From positions 22,080 to 86,079 of the IMG/VR virus record IMGVR_UViG_3300045110_000277: a stretch of 64,000 bases of DNA; one strand, written 5' to 3'. Positions 1-9,630 of the stretch are shown piece after piece. The translations under genes were made by a program, and so were the position numbers. The notes beneath the pieces are model-generated. The model was not told the DNA's origin. It made no database searches and worked only from the letters and a program-made list of their open reading frames with translations. This DNA comes from a virus. The stretch's first letter is position 1, and each line of letters begins with the position of its first letter.

Positions 1-49
1 GAGAGGGTCCCTGCCTTGTGGTCTTAGGCAGGGGCCCTCTCCGTTTGTT
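1..49 (+). terminator. Probable intrinsic terminator (likely after an upstream head gene)
   Basis: GAGAGGGTCCCTGCCT...AGGCAGGGGCCCTCTC hairpin (1-41) followed by CGTTTGTT. Confidence 0.7.
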
Positions 50-88
50 CGGGCCCCGCCCGGCCGATATCTCCCTCGGGAGGCCGGT

Positions 89-328
89 ATGAGCGGCGAG
101 GAACGTGAGTTCGACCCGGATGACCCGTCCAAGATCATGCGGGTGTACCTGAGCAAGGTCGAGAACGGCGTGGAGTCCACCGCCGAGATCTCCGTCCCGG
201 GCCCCTACCACCCCGAGATCCTCGAAGACCTGTGCCGCAAGGCGCTGATCACCCTGGGCGGCATCTTCTCCGAGGAGGAGACCGCCGACTACCTCCAGGA
301 GATGTTCGACGAAGATCCGGCGCCCTAG
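89..328 (+). CDS. Small acidic hypothetical protein
   Basis: GGAGG RBS, GC3-rich codons. Confidence 0.7.
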   Translation: MSGEEREFDPDDPSKIMRVYLSKVENGVESTAEISVPGPYHPEILEDLCRKALITLGGIFSEEETADYLQEMFDEDPAP

Positions 329-338
329 CCGCCGAAGA
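312..338 (+). promoter_or_regulatory. Candidate sigma28/WhiG-type late promoter
   Basis: AAGA-N15-GCCGAAGA upstream of ORF 390. Confidence 0.5.
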
Positions 339-389
339 CCTCGGTACTGCACCTGCCGCCCCCTGCAAAGGGCACACCGAGGAGACCCG

Positions 390-920
390 ATGGCCAGCAC
401 GAAGCTGAAGCCCCGCAACGACCACGAGGAGATCTGGGAGGTCCAGATCCCCGGCACGATCTACCTGCAGGTCACCACCCACAACCGGCACGGCCAGTCG
501 ATGGACGCCGACCTGGCGCTGGGCCCGAACAAGGTCGGCCACCAGTTCCGCATCTCCGACGCCGACCGGGTGATGAACCAGGAGCGCATCCAGGACTCGA
601 TCAACGACCCGTTCACCAACGGGATGCTGATCCGCTGCGACGCCGACCAGCAGGCCGACGAGGACACCGCCTCCGACCAGGCGCTGTCGGCCGCCGACCT
701 GACGCTGATCTTCGACCAGCACGGCGCGGTGTTCGAGAACGCCATCCGCCCGCTCGGCGAGATCAACCTGCGCCGGCTGCTGGACATCGGCTCGGCGATG
801 GACGCCTCCCACAAGCAGATCGAGACCTTGGAGGAGCTGATCCGCGAGCGGTACGGCAAGGGCGGGGCGCAGGACCTCGACCAGGCCCAGCTGCTGTCAG
901 GCGGGCTGCTCCCCGGCTGA
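390..920 (+). CDS. Hypothetical protein (virion module)
   Basis: GAGGAG RBS, clean codon bias. Confidence 0.8.
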   Translation: MASTKLKPRNDHEEIWEVQIPGTIYLQVTTHNRHGQSMDADLALGPNKVGHQFRISDADRVMNQERIQDSINDPFTNGMLIRCDADQQADEDTASDQALSAADLTLIFDQHGAVFENAIRPLGEINLRRLLDIGSAMDASHKQIETLEELIRERYGKGGAQDLDQAQLLSGGLLPG

Positions 921-994
921 GACCTGCGGGGGGCCGCTGGCTGCCGCACCTGGGCGATGCAGGCGCCCGACCGCGACCGAGCCGCGGCCCCCCG

Positions 995-1021
995 CAGATA
1001 CCCCACCCCTGCAGCCGATGA
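995..1021 (+). promoter_or_regulatory. Candidate sigma28/WhiG-type late promoter
   Basis: CAGA-N15-GCCGATGA upstream of ORF 1054. Confidence 0.55.
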
Positions 1022-1053
1022 CCTGATCAGACCGCTCCAGGGAGGACCGCCTG

Positions 1054-1833
1054 ATGACCGAGACCGTGCCGCACATCCGCATCACCGTCGGCAACTCGTC
1101 GCCGCACGAGCTGTTCGACCACGACCCGGAGAACCTCGGGGACCAGTACCGTCTCCAGGTCCGCGGTGGCGAGGTCATCTCGACCCCGGACGGCGAGCCG
1201 GACATCCACCGGGTGCCGCTGGAGCTGGGCAACAACACGGTCATCGAGTGGCCGCACGAGTCGCCCATCGACCACCTGCTGCCGACCATCAAGCAGCTGT
1301 GGGGCAAGCACTCCGCCGACCCGGGCACCTGGGTGGTCATCGAGAACGACGGCGACGACCCGGCTCGCGCGGCCTTGGTGAAGGCGCTCCTGGAGGCGTA
1401 CTTCAACATCCGGCAGCCGGACCCGGGCGAGATCACCGCGCTGGTGACCAACGCGGGCCTGGACTTCATCGCCAAGCAGCTCTCGGGCGGCACGGCGTCG
1501 GCGACAGCGGTGGCGAAGTGGATGGCCCTGACGGCCAACGCCTCGGCGGCGTCCGCCTCGGACACCACGCTGACCGCGGAGATCGCCACCGGCGGCGGTG
1601 GCCTGATCCGCGCCGTGGCCACGTACGCACACACCGGCTCGGCGAGCACGTACACGCTGACCATCACGTACACGGCGAACGGCTCGGACTCCCTGCCGGT
1701 CACCATCGCCAAGATGGGCGTGTTCGACGCGGCCTCCACCGGCAACCTGGTCTACGAGACGCTGCTCTCGGCGACCGCCACGCTGACCGCCTCAGGTGAC
1801 CAGCTCACCGTGACGGAGACGGTCACGATCTGA
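1054..1833 (+). CDS. Putative virion fibre/collar-type structural protein
   Basis: C-terminal Thr/Ala-rich beta domain (LVTNAGLD...MGVFDAASTGNL...GDQLTVT) typical of phage fibre/collar proteins. Confidence 0.6.
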   Translation: MTETVPHIRITVGNSSPHELFDHDPENLGDQYRLQVRGGEVISTPDGEPDIHRVPLELGNNTVIEWPHESPIDHLLPTIKQLWGKHSADPGTWVVIENDGDDPARAALVKALLEAYFNIRQPDPGEITALVTNAGLDFIAKQLSGGTASATAVAKWMALTANASAASASDTTLTAEIATGGGGLIRAVATYAHTGSASTYTLTITYTANGSDSLPVTIAKMGVFDAASTGNLVYETLLSATATLTASGDQLTVTETVTI

Positions 1834-1835
1834 CC

Positions 1836-2192
1836 ATGGCGCTGATCCTGGCCGACCGGGTGAAGGACACGTCGACCACAACCGGGACCGGCACCCTGAC
1901 GCTGGCTAACAGCGCGCCCGCGGGCTTCCAGACCTTCGGGTCGGTGATGGCCGACGGGGACGTGTGTTGGTACGCCCTGGTCGACTCCTCGGGCGCGTGG
2001 GAGACCGGCATCGGCACGTACACGGCCAGCGGCACGCACCTGAGCAGGGACACGGTGTTCTCCAGCTCGAACGCGAACGCGCTGGTGAACATCGCGGCTG
2101 GCACCACGACCGTCTTCCTCACGATGCCGGCCAAGCAGGCCATGACCCAAGGCGTAGCCGTCGCAACCGCCCTCGGCTGGGCCGGAAACTAG
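1836..2192 (+). CDS. Putative fibre-associated virion protein
   Basis: ADRVKDTSTTTGTGTLTL...WETGIGTY...LSRDTV..SSN motif common in phage fibre N-termini. Confidence 0.65.
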   Translation: MALILADRVKDTSTTTGTGTLTLANSAPAGFQTFGSVMADGDVCWYALVDSSGAWETGIGTYTASGTHLSRDTVFSSSNANALVNIAAGTTTVFLTMPAKQAMTQGVAVATALGWAGN

Positions 2193-2201
2193 GAGCTGAG
2201 C

Positions 2202-2657
2202 ATGGCCGCCAACCAGAGCCCGATCTTCACTCTGACGCCGAAGATCGGTCGCAAGGCGTGGACCTCCTCGACGACGGCGAACACCAAGTCCGACGGCGCG
2301 GGCACCATCGGCACCGACATCCTGCTGGTGTTCACCGGCGGCACCAACGGATCGTTCCTGAACCGGGTGCGGCTGTCCCCGTACGCCTCGGCCGCGGGCA
2401 CCGCGACCACCCCGACCGTCGCGCGGCTGTACCTGTCGACGCAGACCTCCTCGACGACAACGGCCGCTGACACCTCGCTGTTCGCGGAGGCGGCCTGCCC
2501 GGCCCAGACCGCTGACCAGGCGACCACGGCGACGAACTTCATCGAGATCCCGTGCGGCTTCTACATCCCGTCCACGATCAGCCTGCTGGTGTCGATGCAC
2601 CACGCCGCAGCTGCCAACACCGGCTGGCAGTTCATCGCCTTCTACGGCGACTACTGA
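2202..2657 (+). CDS. Putative fibre-associated virion protein
   Basis: MAANxSPIF start and GDY end, a recurrent small structural family; RBS AGGAG. Confidence 0.6.
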   Translation: MAANQSPIFTLTPKIGRKAWTSSTTANTKSDGAGTIGTDILLVFTGGTNGSFLNRVRLSPYASAAGTATTPTVARLYLSTQTSSTTTAADTSLFAEAACPAQTADQATTATNFIEIPCGFYIPSTISLLVSMHHAAAANTGWQFIAFYGDY

Positions 2658-2663
2658 GCCGCC

Positions 2664-3584
2664 GTGTTCGAGGACTACCTGGACGTTCTCGGCCAGTCCC
2701 GGGCGGACGTGCAGCTGTTCAAGGCCGGGGCCAACGCGCAGACGTGGCGCAAGCCCCGCGGCGCGCAGATGCTGCACATCGTGCTGTTCACCGCTGGTGG
2801 CGGTGGCGGCGGTGGGATGACCGGCCTGACGGCGACGGTGCGCGGTGGTGGCGGTGGCGGCGGCGGCGGCGCGATCATCCAGGCGATCATCCCGCTGTAC
2901 TACCTGCCTGACGTGCTGTACCTGTCGGTGCCCCGTGGTGGCGCGGGTGGCGCGGCGACGGTGAACGGCTCGGCAGGCAGCATCCAGTCGCTGGTGTTGA
3001 CCAACAACGTGACGCCCGCGGCTCCGGCGGGAAGCGACATCGTGCTCGGTGGCCAGGCCGGCTTCCTCGGCGCCGGGGGTACGGCCGGCTCTACGGGCGG
3101 CTCGGCGTCCGGTGGCTCGGGTGCGGGCGCTTCCAACGCCAACGGCGGCTGGGCGGTGATGGGCATCCGCAGCTTCCTGGCTGGCGGGAACGGCGGCGCG
3201 GGCGGTGTGGTCGGTGGCGGTGCGGGCACGGGCCTCACCATCGCCGGTGCGTCGCCGTACCGGATCTTCGGCGGCGCTGGCGGGGCGACAACGCCCGCTG
3301 GCAACAACGACTTCGCCGGCGGCGGCTTCACCGGCGCGGGCCTGTTCCCCAGCACGGCAGGCGGCACGGCCGGTGGCGGCAAGGGCGACGGGTCCCCGGC
3401 CTACTTCAACGGCTCCCTGGTCGTCTACGGCGGCACGGGTGGCGGCTCAGCGGGCGCTGGGACCGGCGGCGACGGTCAGGACGGTGGGTACCCGGGCGGC
3501 GGTGGTGGCGGCGGTGGCGGCGGCATCACGGGCGGCAAGGGCGGCAAGGGCGGCGACGGGCTCACGATAATGATTGCCTGGTGA
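2664..3584 (+). CDS. Glycine-rich virion protein, paralogue 1
   Basis: Poly-Gly blocks; ends GGDGLxxxxW. Confidence 0.8.
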   Translation: MFEDYLDVLGQSRADVQLFKAGANAQTWRKPRGAQMLHIVLFTAGGGGGGGMTGLTATVRGGGGGGGGGAIIQAIIPLYYLPDVLYLSVPRGGAGGAATVNGSAGSIQSLVLTNNVTPAAPAGSDIVLGGQAGFLGAGGTAGSTGGSASGGSGAGASNANGGWAVMGIRSFLAGGNGGAGGVVGGGAGTGLTIAGASPYRIFGGAGGATTPAGNNDFAGGGFTGAGLFPSTAGGTAGGGKGDGSPAYFNGSLVVYGGTGGGSAGAGTGGDGQDGGYPGGGGGGGGGGITGGKGGKGGDGLTIMIAW

Positions 3585-3588
3585 GCTG

Positions 3589-4527
3589 ATGTTCCTCGAC
3601 GCGATGGACGCACCGCCGTTCAACCTCGGCGCCAGCGACCTGCAGGTGTTCAAGGCGCAGGCGCCGGGCACCCAGGTCTGGCAACAGTGGCAGCGCCGAC
3701 GCGGCGACACCATGTGCATGATCACCTGCCTGGGCGCGGGCGGCTCTGGTGCGGGCGGCATGACCGGTGCGACCGGCTCGGTCCGCGGTGGCGGTGGCGG
3801 TGGTGGCAGCGGAGCGGTCGCCCGGCTGCTCATCCCGGTCTTCTTCCTGCCCGACACGCTGTTCATCAACGTGGGCAAGGGCGGGGCCGCGGTCGCCGCG
3901 GTTGCCGCGGGGAACCCGGGCAGTCTCAGCTACGTCAGCGTGGCCCCGAACACCACCGCGACCAACATCCTGCTGCAGTCCGGCGCGGCGGCAGCTACGG
4001 CGGCCACGGCGGGCTCCACGGGCGGCTCGGCGGCTGGCGGGGCGGCGGAGACCATCTCCACCATCGCGCTGTGCCTGCTGGCGAACCTGGGCATCGTGGA
4101 GTTCGCGGCCGGGCGGGCGGGGGCCATCGGCGGGGTGGTCGGCGGCGGGGCGGGCACCGCGATCACGTGGAACGCGGCGACGTACCCGATCCAGTCCGGC
4201 TCGGGTGGCGGGACCACGCCGGCGGCCAACAGCCAGTTCGCCGGCGGGGCCCAGACCGGCTCCGGCTTCACGCTGCCAACGGTCGCTGGCGGCGCGTCTG
4301 GTGGCAACCCGGGCGACGGCACCATGGGCCCGCCGAACAACGGGGTCGGTGGGTGGGCCTCCTACGGCGGCGTCGGTGGTGGCACCGGCGGGGCCGCCGG
4401 TCAGGTCGGTGGCAAGGGTGCAGACGCCGCGGGGTACGGCGGTGGCGGTGGCGGTGGAGGCGGTGGCGTGACCGGCGGTGGCGGTGGGGCCGGAGGCGAC
4501 GGCCTGGTCACCATCGTCAGCTGGTAG
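3589..4527 (+). CDS. Glycine-rich virion protein, paralogue 2
   Basis: Same architecture as 2664 and 4563; ATG at 3589. Confidence 0.8.
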   Translation: MFLDAMDAPPFNLGASDLQVFKAQAPGTQVWQQWQRRRGDTMCMITCLGAGGSGAGGMTGATGSVRGGGGGGGSGAVARLLIPVFFLPDTLFINVGKGGAAVAAVAAGNPGSLSYVSVAPNTTATNILLQSGAAAATAATAGSTGGSAAGGAAETISTIALCLLANLGIVEFAAGRAGAIGGVVGGGAGTAITWNAATYPIQSGSGGGTTPAANSQFAGGAQTGSGFTLPTVAGGASGGNPGDGTMGPPNNGVGGWASYGGVGGGTGGAAGQVGGKGADAAGYGGGGGGGGGGVTGGGGGAGGDGLVTIVSW

Positions 4528-4528
4528 C

Positions 4529-4555
4529 CAGATGACCCTTCCGCCGAGCCGATAG
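4529..4555 (+). promoter_or_regulatory. Candidate sigma28/WhiG-type late promoter (possibly leaderless)
   Basis: CAGA-N15-GCCGATAG, 7 nt before ATG 4563. Confidence 0.6.
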
Positions 4556-4562
4556 GACGAGC

Positions 4563-5462
4563 ATGTACCAGGACCACTTCGGCTTCCCGCCGCCAGCTCC
4601 TGGGGACACGCAGGTCTTCCGCGCCGGACCGATCTGGGACACCTGGCACAAGCGTCGCGGCGACACGATGCTGTACATCGTCGCCTTCGGCTCGGCCGGC
4701 GGCGGGGGCGGCGGCAAGACCAACGCCATCGGCAACGCGCGAGGCGGCGGCGGCGGGGGCGGCTCGGGCGCCATCATGCGCCTGCTCATCCCGCTCTACC
4801 TGGTGCCCGACATCCTGTACGTCTTCGTCGGCCGGGGCGGCGCCGGTGGCACGCCGGGTAACCCGGGCTCCTCGGGCGACTTCAGCCTGGTCAGCTTCCA
4901 GCCGTCCACCTCGCTCGACGTGCTGGTCAAGACCGGGAACGCGGTGGCCGGCGGCGGGGCGGCCGGCACGACCGGCTCCAACGCTGGTGGCTCGGCCGGC
5001 ACCATCGCCACGCTGGCGAACTGCCCGATGGCCGCCTTCGGCATGGCCAACTTCATCGCCGGGAAGATCGGTGCGGCGTCCGGCGCGAGCACCGGTGCGG
5101 CCGGGCTCAACAACACCATCGCCACCACGCACCAGCTGAACGGCGGTGCGGGCGGCGGCACCACGCCCACCGGCAACACCGAGTTCGCGGGCGGCGACCA
5201 GACCGGGGCGGGCATCTTCCCGACGGTCACCGGCGGCGCGGGTGGCGGCAACCCTGGGCCCGGGGCGGGCGGACTGCTGCTGGACCGCCCGTTCATGTCC
5301 TACGGCGGCTCAGGCGGTGGCACGGGCGGCGCGGCAGCGACCGTTGGCGGCCGTGGTGGAAACGGTGCCGTCGGCTCCGGCGGTGGCGGCGGTGGCGGGG
5401 GTGTCACCGGCGGGACCGGTGGCTCCGGCGGCGACGGCCTCGTGCTGATGACGAGCTGGTGA
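4563..5462 (+). CDS. Glycine-rich virion protein, paralogue 3
   Basis: Same architecture as the two preceding genes. Confidence 0.8.
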   Translation: MYQDHFGFPPPAPGDTQVFRAGPIWDTWHKRRGDTMLYIVAFGSAGGGGGGKTNAIGNARGGGGGGGSGAIMRLLIPLYLVPDILYVFVGRGGAGGTPGNPGSSGDFSLVSFQPSTSLDVLVKTGNAVAGGGAAGTTGSNAGGSAGTIATLANCPMAAFGMANFIAGKIGAASGASTGAAGLNNTIATTHQLNGGAGGGTTPTGNTEFAGGDQTGAGIFPTVTGGAGGGNPGPGAGGLLLDRPFMSYGGSGGGTGGAAATVGGRGGNGAVGSGGGGGGGGVTGGTGGSGGDGLVLMTSW

Positions 5463-5465
5463 GCC

Positions 5466-7355
5466 GTGGCCTTCGGCGGCGATAGCGCCTTCTCCGAGTA
5501 CCCGTTCGCCGCACAGGCGGCCGGGCAGCAGCTCACGCGCACCACTTCTGACGACGCGACGGTCAGCGACTCGGTGGCGCGCTCTGTGGTCCTCGCGCGC
5601 ACTACGTCGGACGCGGTGGGCTCCATCGCGGCCGTTCCAGCCAACGCGACGATCATCATGGGCGCGGCTGGCTGGATTACCAGCGGCACCGGCAACAGCC
5701 ACCCCATCGTGATGACCATTCCGGCCGGGGCCCGGGTCAACGACCGGGTGTACATGGCGTTCGGCGAGAACGGTGGCGTCGCCATTCCCGTTCCGACCGG
5801 GTGGCGGCCGATCCTGGTTCCCGCTGCGTACAACGGCAACATCCTCAGCTGCGCCATCTTCGAGCGGGACGCGCTGCTCGGGGTGGGCGAGGCTGGCTCC
5901 ACGGTCACCGTCGACATCGGCCAGAGCCGGGTGCAGATCGGCGTGATCTTCACCAGCGACGGCGACCTGGACGCGGTGAGCGCGGTCAGCAACCAGACCT
6001 CGCTGCAGTCCACGAACACGGTGCCCGCGGTCACCCCGGTCACTGACAACGCGCTGCTGCTGGAGATCGCGTTCCTGGTCTCCACCACGAACGCCCAGAC
6101 GTACACGAGCACGCCACCGACCGGCTACAGCACGCTGTTCGACCAATGCACCTCGAACGCGGGCGCGAACAAGAACATCGAGATCTTCATCGCCAGCAAG
6201 CAGCTGTCCGGCCAGAAGACGATCTCGCAGGGTCCGACCTTCTCCACCCCGTCGGTGCAGACAGAATCGGTGGTGGTGTCGCTGACGTTGACCCAGGCCG
6301 CCAAGGAGCGGGCGGTCGCCAACGTCGGCCGGTTCGCCTCGACCAGCGACAACGCCACGGTCAGCGAGACGGCGGTGCGCTCCGCCGAGGTGTACGCCCG
6401 CACGACCGCCGACAGCGTGCCCGTCAGCGAGAGCCTGGCCCGTACTGCACAGGTGTTCAGCCGCACCACGAGTGACTCGGTGGTGGTCTCCGAGGCGCTG
6501 TCCAGCCACGTCACGGTGGCCCGCACCACGGCCGACTCCGTGGTGGTCAGCGAGGCCGCGGTCCGCTCCGCTGACAACTACTCGCGCACGGCCTCCGAGA
6601 CTGCCACGGTCTCCGAGACGGTTGCCCGGTCGCTGCTGCAGGCTCGCGCCCCGTCGGACGCCGTGTCCGTCTCGGACACCACCACCCGCGTGGTCGCCCA
6701 GTCCCGTACTACCTCGGACAACGCCACGGTCTCCGACGTGGCCTCCGGCGTCATCGGCGGCAACCTGCACCTCACGCGCACCGCGTCGGACTCGATCAGC
6801 ACCAGCGAGTCGGTGGCCCGGATCGTCGTCCTGCCCCGCGCGGTGGCCGCTTCGGTGCCCGTCAGCGAGAGCCTGGCCCGCACCGCGCAGGTCTTCGCCC
6901 GGTCCACCTCGGACAGCGTGGCCGTCGTCGAGTCGGCGACCCGCTCGGCCGAGGTCTTCGCTCGCACGAGCTCGGACAGCGTGCCGGTCTCGGATGCCAA
7001 CGCTCGTTCGCAGCATGACTTCAGGTCGACTGGGGAGTCGGTCCCGGTCAGTGAGGCGGCGACTCGGGCTTCCCAGGCGTTCGCCCGGACGACGGCCGAC
7101 ACCGCCGTGGGAGCCGCCTCGGTCTCCTCGCACACCGCCGCGTCGCGCACCACGTCGGACTCGTTCGCGGTCGGCACCAGCACGCCCACCCCGGTGTACG
7201 TGCCGTCCATCAAGGATCCGGAGATCGAGGAGGCCGGCGCCCTGGTTGGCGTCACCACCACGGGCGTGGTGCTCGGCGTGACCACCACGAGCGTGCTGCT
7301 CGCATCGCCCACGCTCGGCGCCGATATCGACCCCATCGACACGATGACTCGCTGA
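5466..7355 (+). CDS. Repeat-containing fibre/stalk protein
   Basis: About 16 copies of a ~19-aa RTTSDSVxVSExxxR repeat around a globular insert. Confidence 0.75.
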   Translation: MAFGGDSAFSEYPFAAQAAGQQLTRTTSDDATVSDSVARSVVLARTTSDAVGSIAAVPANATIIMGAAGWITSGTGNSHPIVMTIPAGARVNDRVYMAFGENGGVAIPVPTGWRPILVPAAYNGNILSCAIFERDALLGVGEAGSTVTVDIGQSRVQIGVIFTSDGDLDAVSAVSNQTSLQSTNTVPAVTPVTDNALLLEIAFLVSTTNAQTYTSTPPTGYSTLFDQCTSNAGANKNIEIFIASKQLSGQKTISQGPTFSTPSVQTESVVVSLTLTQAAKERAVANVGRFASTSDNATVSETAVRSAEVYARTTADSVPVSESLARTAQVFSRTTSDSVVVSEALSSHVTVARTTADSVVVSEAAVRSADNYSRTASETATVSETVARSLLQARAPSDAVSVSDTTTRVVAQSRTTSDNATVSDVASGVIGGNLHLTRTASDSISTSESVARIVVLPRAVAASVPVSESLARTAQVFARSTSDSVAVVESATRSAEVFARTSSDSVPVSDANARSQHDFRSTGESVPVSEAATRASQAFARTTADTAVGAASVSSHTAASRTTSDSFAVGTSTPTPVYVPSIKDPEIEEAGALVGVTTTGVVLGVTTTSVLLASPTLGADIDPIDTMTR

Positions 7356-7364
7356 GAGGCTGCG

Positions 7365-7727
7365 ATGACCGTCCAGACCGTCCACATGAAGCAGAACGAC
7401 CTGCTTCCGCAGCTCCAGGCGACCCTGACCAGCACCGACCCGATCACGGGCGTGGTGTCCAACGTCGACCTGACCACGGCCACGTTGATCCACTTCTACA
7501 TGAAGAACGCGATCAGCGGACTGAAGGTCTCGGCGCTGGCGGTGCGCGCGGTGGACCAGTCGGTCGACACCGGGCAGGTCACGTACACCTGGCAGGGCAC
7601 CGACACCGACACGGCCGGGAAGTTCCAGGGCGAGTTCGAGGTGGTCTGGGCGAGCGGTAAGCGGGAGACGTTCCCGAACGACAGCTACTTCATCATCAAC
7701 ATCCACGCCGACCTCGGGAACGCCTGA
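7365..7727 (+). CDS. BppU-like (baseplate upper N-terminal domain) protein
   Basis: MKQNDLLPxLQATL...GQVTYTW...DTDTAG.F.GEFEV.W..G..ETFPN signature. Confidence 0.7.
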   Translation: MTVQTVHMKQNDLLPQLQATLTSTDPITGVVSNVDLTTATLIHFYMKNAISGLKVSALAVRAVDQSVDTGQVTYTWQGTDTDTAGKFQGEFEVVWASGKRETFPNDSYFIINIHADLGNA

Positions 7728-7747
7728 TGGCGCAGAACTTGCGCCAC

Positions 7748-7774
7748 CAGTTCCCTGCCGTCCCGAGCCGATGA
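7748..7774 (+). promoter_or_regulatory. Candidate sigma28/WhiG-type late promoter (possibly leaderless)
   Basis: CAGT-N15-GCCGATGA, 7 nt before ATG 7782. Confidence 0.6.
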
Positions 7775-7781
7775 GGAAGCC

Positions 7782-8330
7782 ATGACCACACTCGCTCCGC
7801 TGATCCCGGCGCTCAAGCGCGAGGTGTCAGGACCCGGTGAGTTCGACGCCGACTTCCCGTCCTCCGACGACGGCGAGCTGCTCGGCGGACTCGCGGATGC
7901 CTTCGGCCAGGCCCAGCTCGACGGCTTCTTCGGCACGGTCACTCTCGACCTGGTGACGGTGGAGACCGACAAGGACCTGAGCATCGCCGCACAGCAGCTG
8001 GTGGTCATCTACGCGGGCGAGCGCATCCTGCGCAGCAAGCTCCGCAACCTGAACACCAAGACGCTGTACAAGGCTGGCGGCGTGGAGTACGCGACGGAGA
8101 ACAGCGCCGGCGCGATCACCCAGCTGCTCAAGGACATCCAGGCGCGCAAGCAGCAGCTGCTCGACCAGATCCTGCGGATCGGCCGGGCGCAGAACGCGGT
8201 CCACGTCACCGACGGCTACCTGATCCGCAGCCAGGGCTACTTCCCGCTGGGGATGTGGGGCGAGTTCGGCGGGTTCTTCGGCTACGAGATCGGCGGCCTC
8301 GGCGGCTCGATGACTGGCCTTCTGTTCTGA
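7782..8330 (+). CDS. Putative head-to-tail adaptor
   Basis: Size, helical character, KAGGVEY motif, position ahead of tail genes. Confidence 0.55.
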   Translation: MTTLAPLIPALKREVSGPGEFDADFPSSDDGELLGGLADAFGQAQLDGFFGTVTLDLVTVETDKDLSIAAQQLVVIYAGERILRSKLRNLNTKTLYKAGGVEYATENSAGAITQLLKDIQARKQQLLDQILRIGRAQNAVHVTDGYLIRSQGYFPLGMWGEFGGFFGYEIGGLGGSMTGLLF

Positions 8331-8360
8331 GACGTGCGACGACGCGAGGCGGTGAGGTAG

Positions 8361-8807
8361 ATGGCGAACCCTGGGATCTCGGGCTTCGACGCTGCTGCCG
8401 TGCGCGCTGGGCTCCGTCTGGCCATGCAGGTGGGGCTGCCCATCACGGCGTCCGAGCGGCCGACCTTCTTCATGCCGCAGACCGTCACCGCCACCGGCCA
8501 CAACCTGGACGGCTCCAAGGTGCCGTTCGACCCGACGGTGCAGCCCACCAGGTCCGCGCGCCAGACGCACCAGGTGCCGTGCGCCATCGAGTACGCCGAT
8601 GGCACCGGGAAGATTGCGGCGCTCGGGATCATCGACCCGGCGACCGTGGTGCTGACGCTGCTCGACGAGGACTACGCGACCGTGCGGGGCTTCGAGTTCG
8701 TCGTCATCACCGGCCAGAAGTTCTTCTACCGCAGCACGGAGCCGGGCCAGGGCCTGGTGGATGTGGGCATCTGGCGCGTCCGCTGCGTCTCGGAGGATGA
8801 GGGATGA
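8361..8807 (+). CDS. Putative head-to-tail stopper
   Basis: Synteny and size. Confidence 0.45.
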   Translation: MANPGISGFDAAAVRAGLRLAMQVGLPITASERPTFFMPQTVTATGHNLDGSKVPFDPTVQPTRSARQTHQVPCAIEYADGTGKIAALGIIDPATVVLTLLDEDYATVRGFEFVVITGQKFFYRSTEPGQGLVDVGIWRVRCVSEDEG

Positions 8808-9343
8808 GCTACATCCGCGGCCAGGAGCGCATGGTCATCCAGACGACCATCGACTACGTGACGGCCAGCCTGACCACGCTGGGCTGGTTCCTGACGGCCG
8901 GCTCGCTGCCGTACGGCGCGCAGTACCCGGTGCAGATCGTCGACGACCTGCCCGACCTGGAGAAGGCCATCGCGCCGAACACCGTGTCCATCGTGGAGGG
9001 CAAGACCCTCGACGACGAGCCTGGCGAGCTGGGTGCGTCCGGTGGCGGTCTACACCTGACCAAGCAGGTCATCTTCGTGGACGTGTTCGGCGAGAACATC
9101 GGCATGGCCAAGGCCATCGCCGCCGACGTGCGCGCGATCCTGACCGGCAAGCTGGACAGCCCGGTGACCAGCCGCTTCCAGGTGCTCAAGGACTACTCGG
9201 TCAACCCCGCGGTGGGCACGACCGCGCTGATCGAGTACCAGGACATCGAGATGGACCGCCCGCTCAACCAGGAGTTCCAGAAGACCTGGATGACGCTGCA
9301 CGTCACCGCGGAGCTCCAGTGGACGGGGCACGAGCACTCGTGA
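8804..9343 (+). CDS. Putative tail terminator
   Basis: Synteny; IFVDVFGEN...AKAIAADVRAIL pattern. Confidence 0.5.
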   Translation: MSYIRGQERMVIQTTIDYVTASLTTLGWFLTAGSLPYGAQYPVQIVDDLPDLEKAIAPNTVSIVEGKTLDDEPGELGASGGGLHLTKQVIFVDVFGENIGMAKAIAADVRAILTGKLDSPVTSRFQVLKDYSVNPAVGTTALIEYQDIEMDRPLNQEFQKTWMTLHVTAELQWTGHEHS

Positions 9344-9630
9344 GCGCAGGCAGCTACGCGCAGAAGGTGGCGGTCGAGCAGCGCAAGCGGCTCGTCGGCT
9401 CGGTCATGGCCATGGTCGAGCGGGACGTGTACCCGCACCTGCCAGCGGACGTTCGCACCGCCTTCAGGAACAAGCTGCTGCAGTCCGTCGGGGTCTACCA
9501 CGACTTCGTGCTGGACAGCCTGAAGGCCGCCATCGAGGACAGCGACACCACGCTGAACGAGGCGGTCATCGAGGCCCTCGGTGAGCTGGCCAACGAGACC
9601 CGGATGCTGCGCGAGCTGAGGGAGGGCTGA
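9340..9630 (+). CDS. Hypothetical protein
   Basis: GTG overlapping the previous stop; codon bias. Confidence 0.7.
   Translation: MSAGSYAQKVAVEQRKRLVGSVMAMVERDVYPHLPADVRTAFRNKLLQSVGVYHDFVLDSLKAAIEDSDTTLNEAVIEALGELANETRMLRELREG

Noticed and set aside
924-997. 14-bp inverted repeat CTGCGGGGGGCCGC/GCGGCCCCCCGCAG as a mobile element end
   Set aside because: Single short intergenic copy with no target duplication; more simply an mRNA stem-loop.
2664-5462. PE-PGRS or collagen-like proteins
   Set aside because: No PE domain or Gly-X-Y periodicity; virion context.
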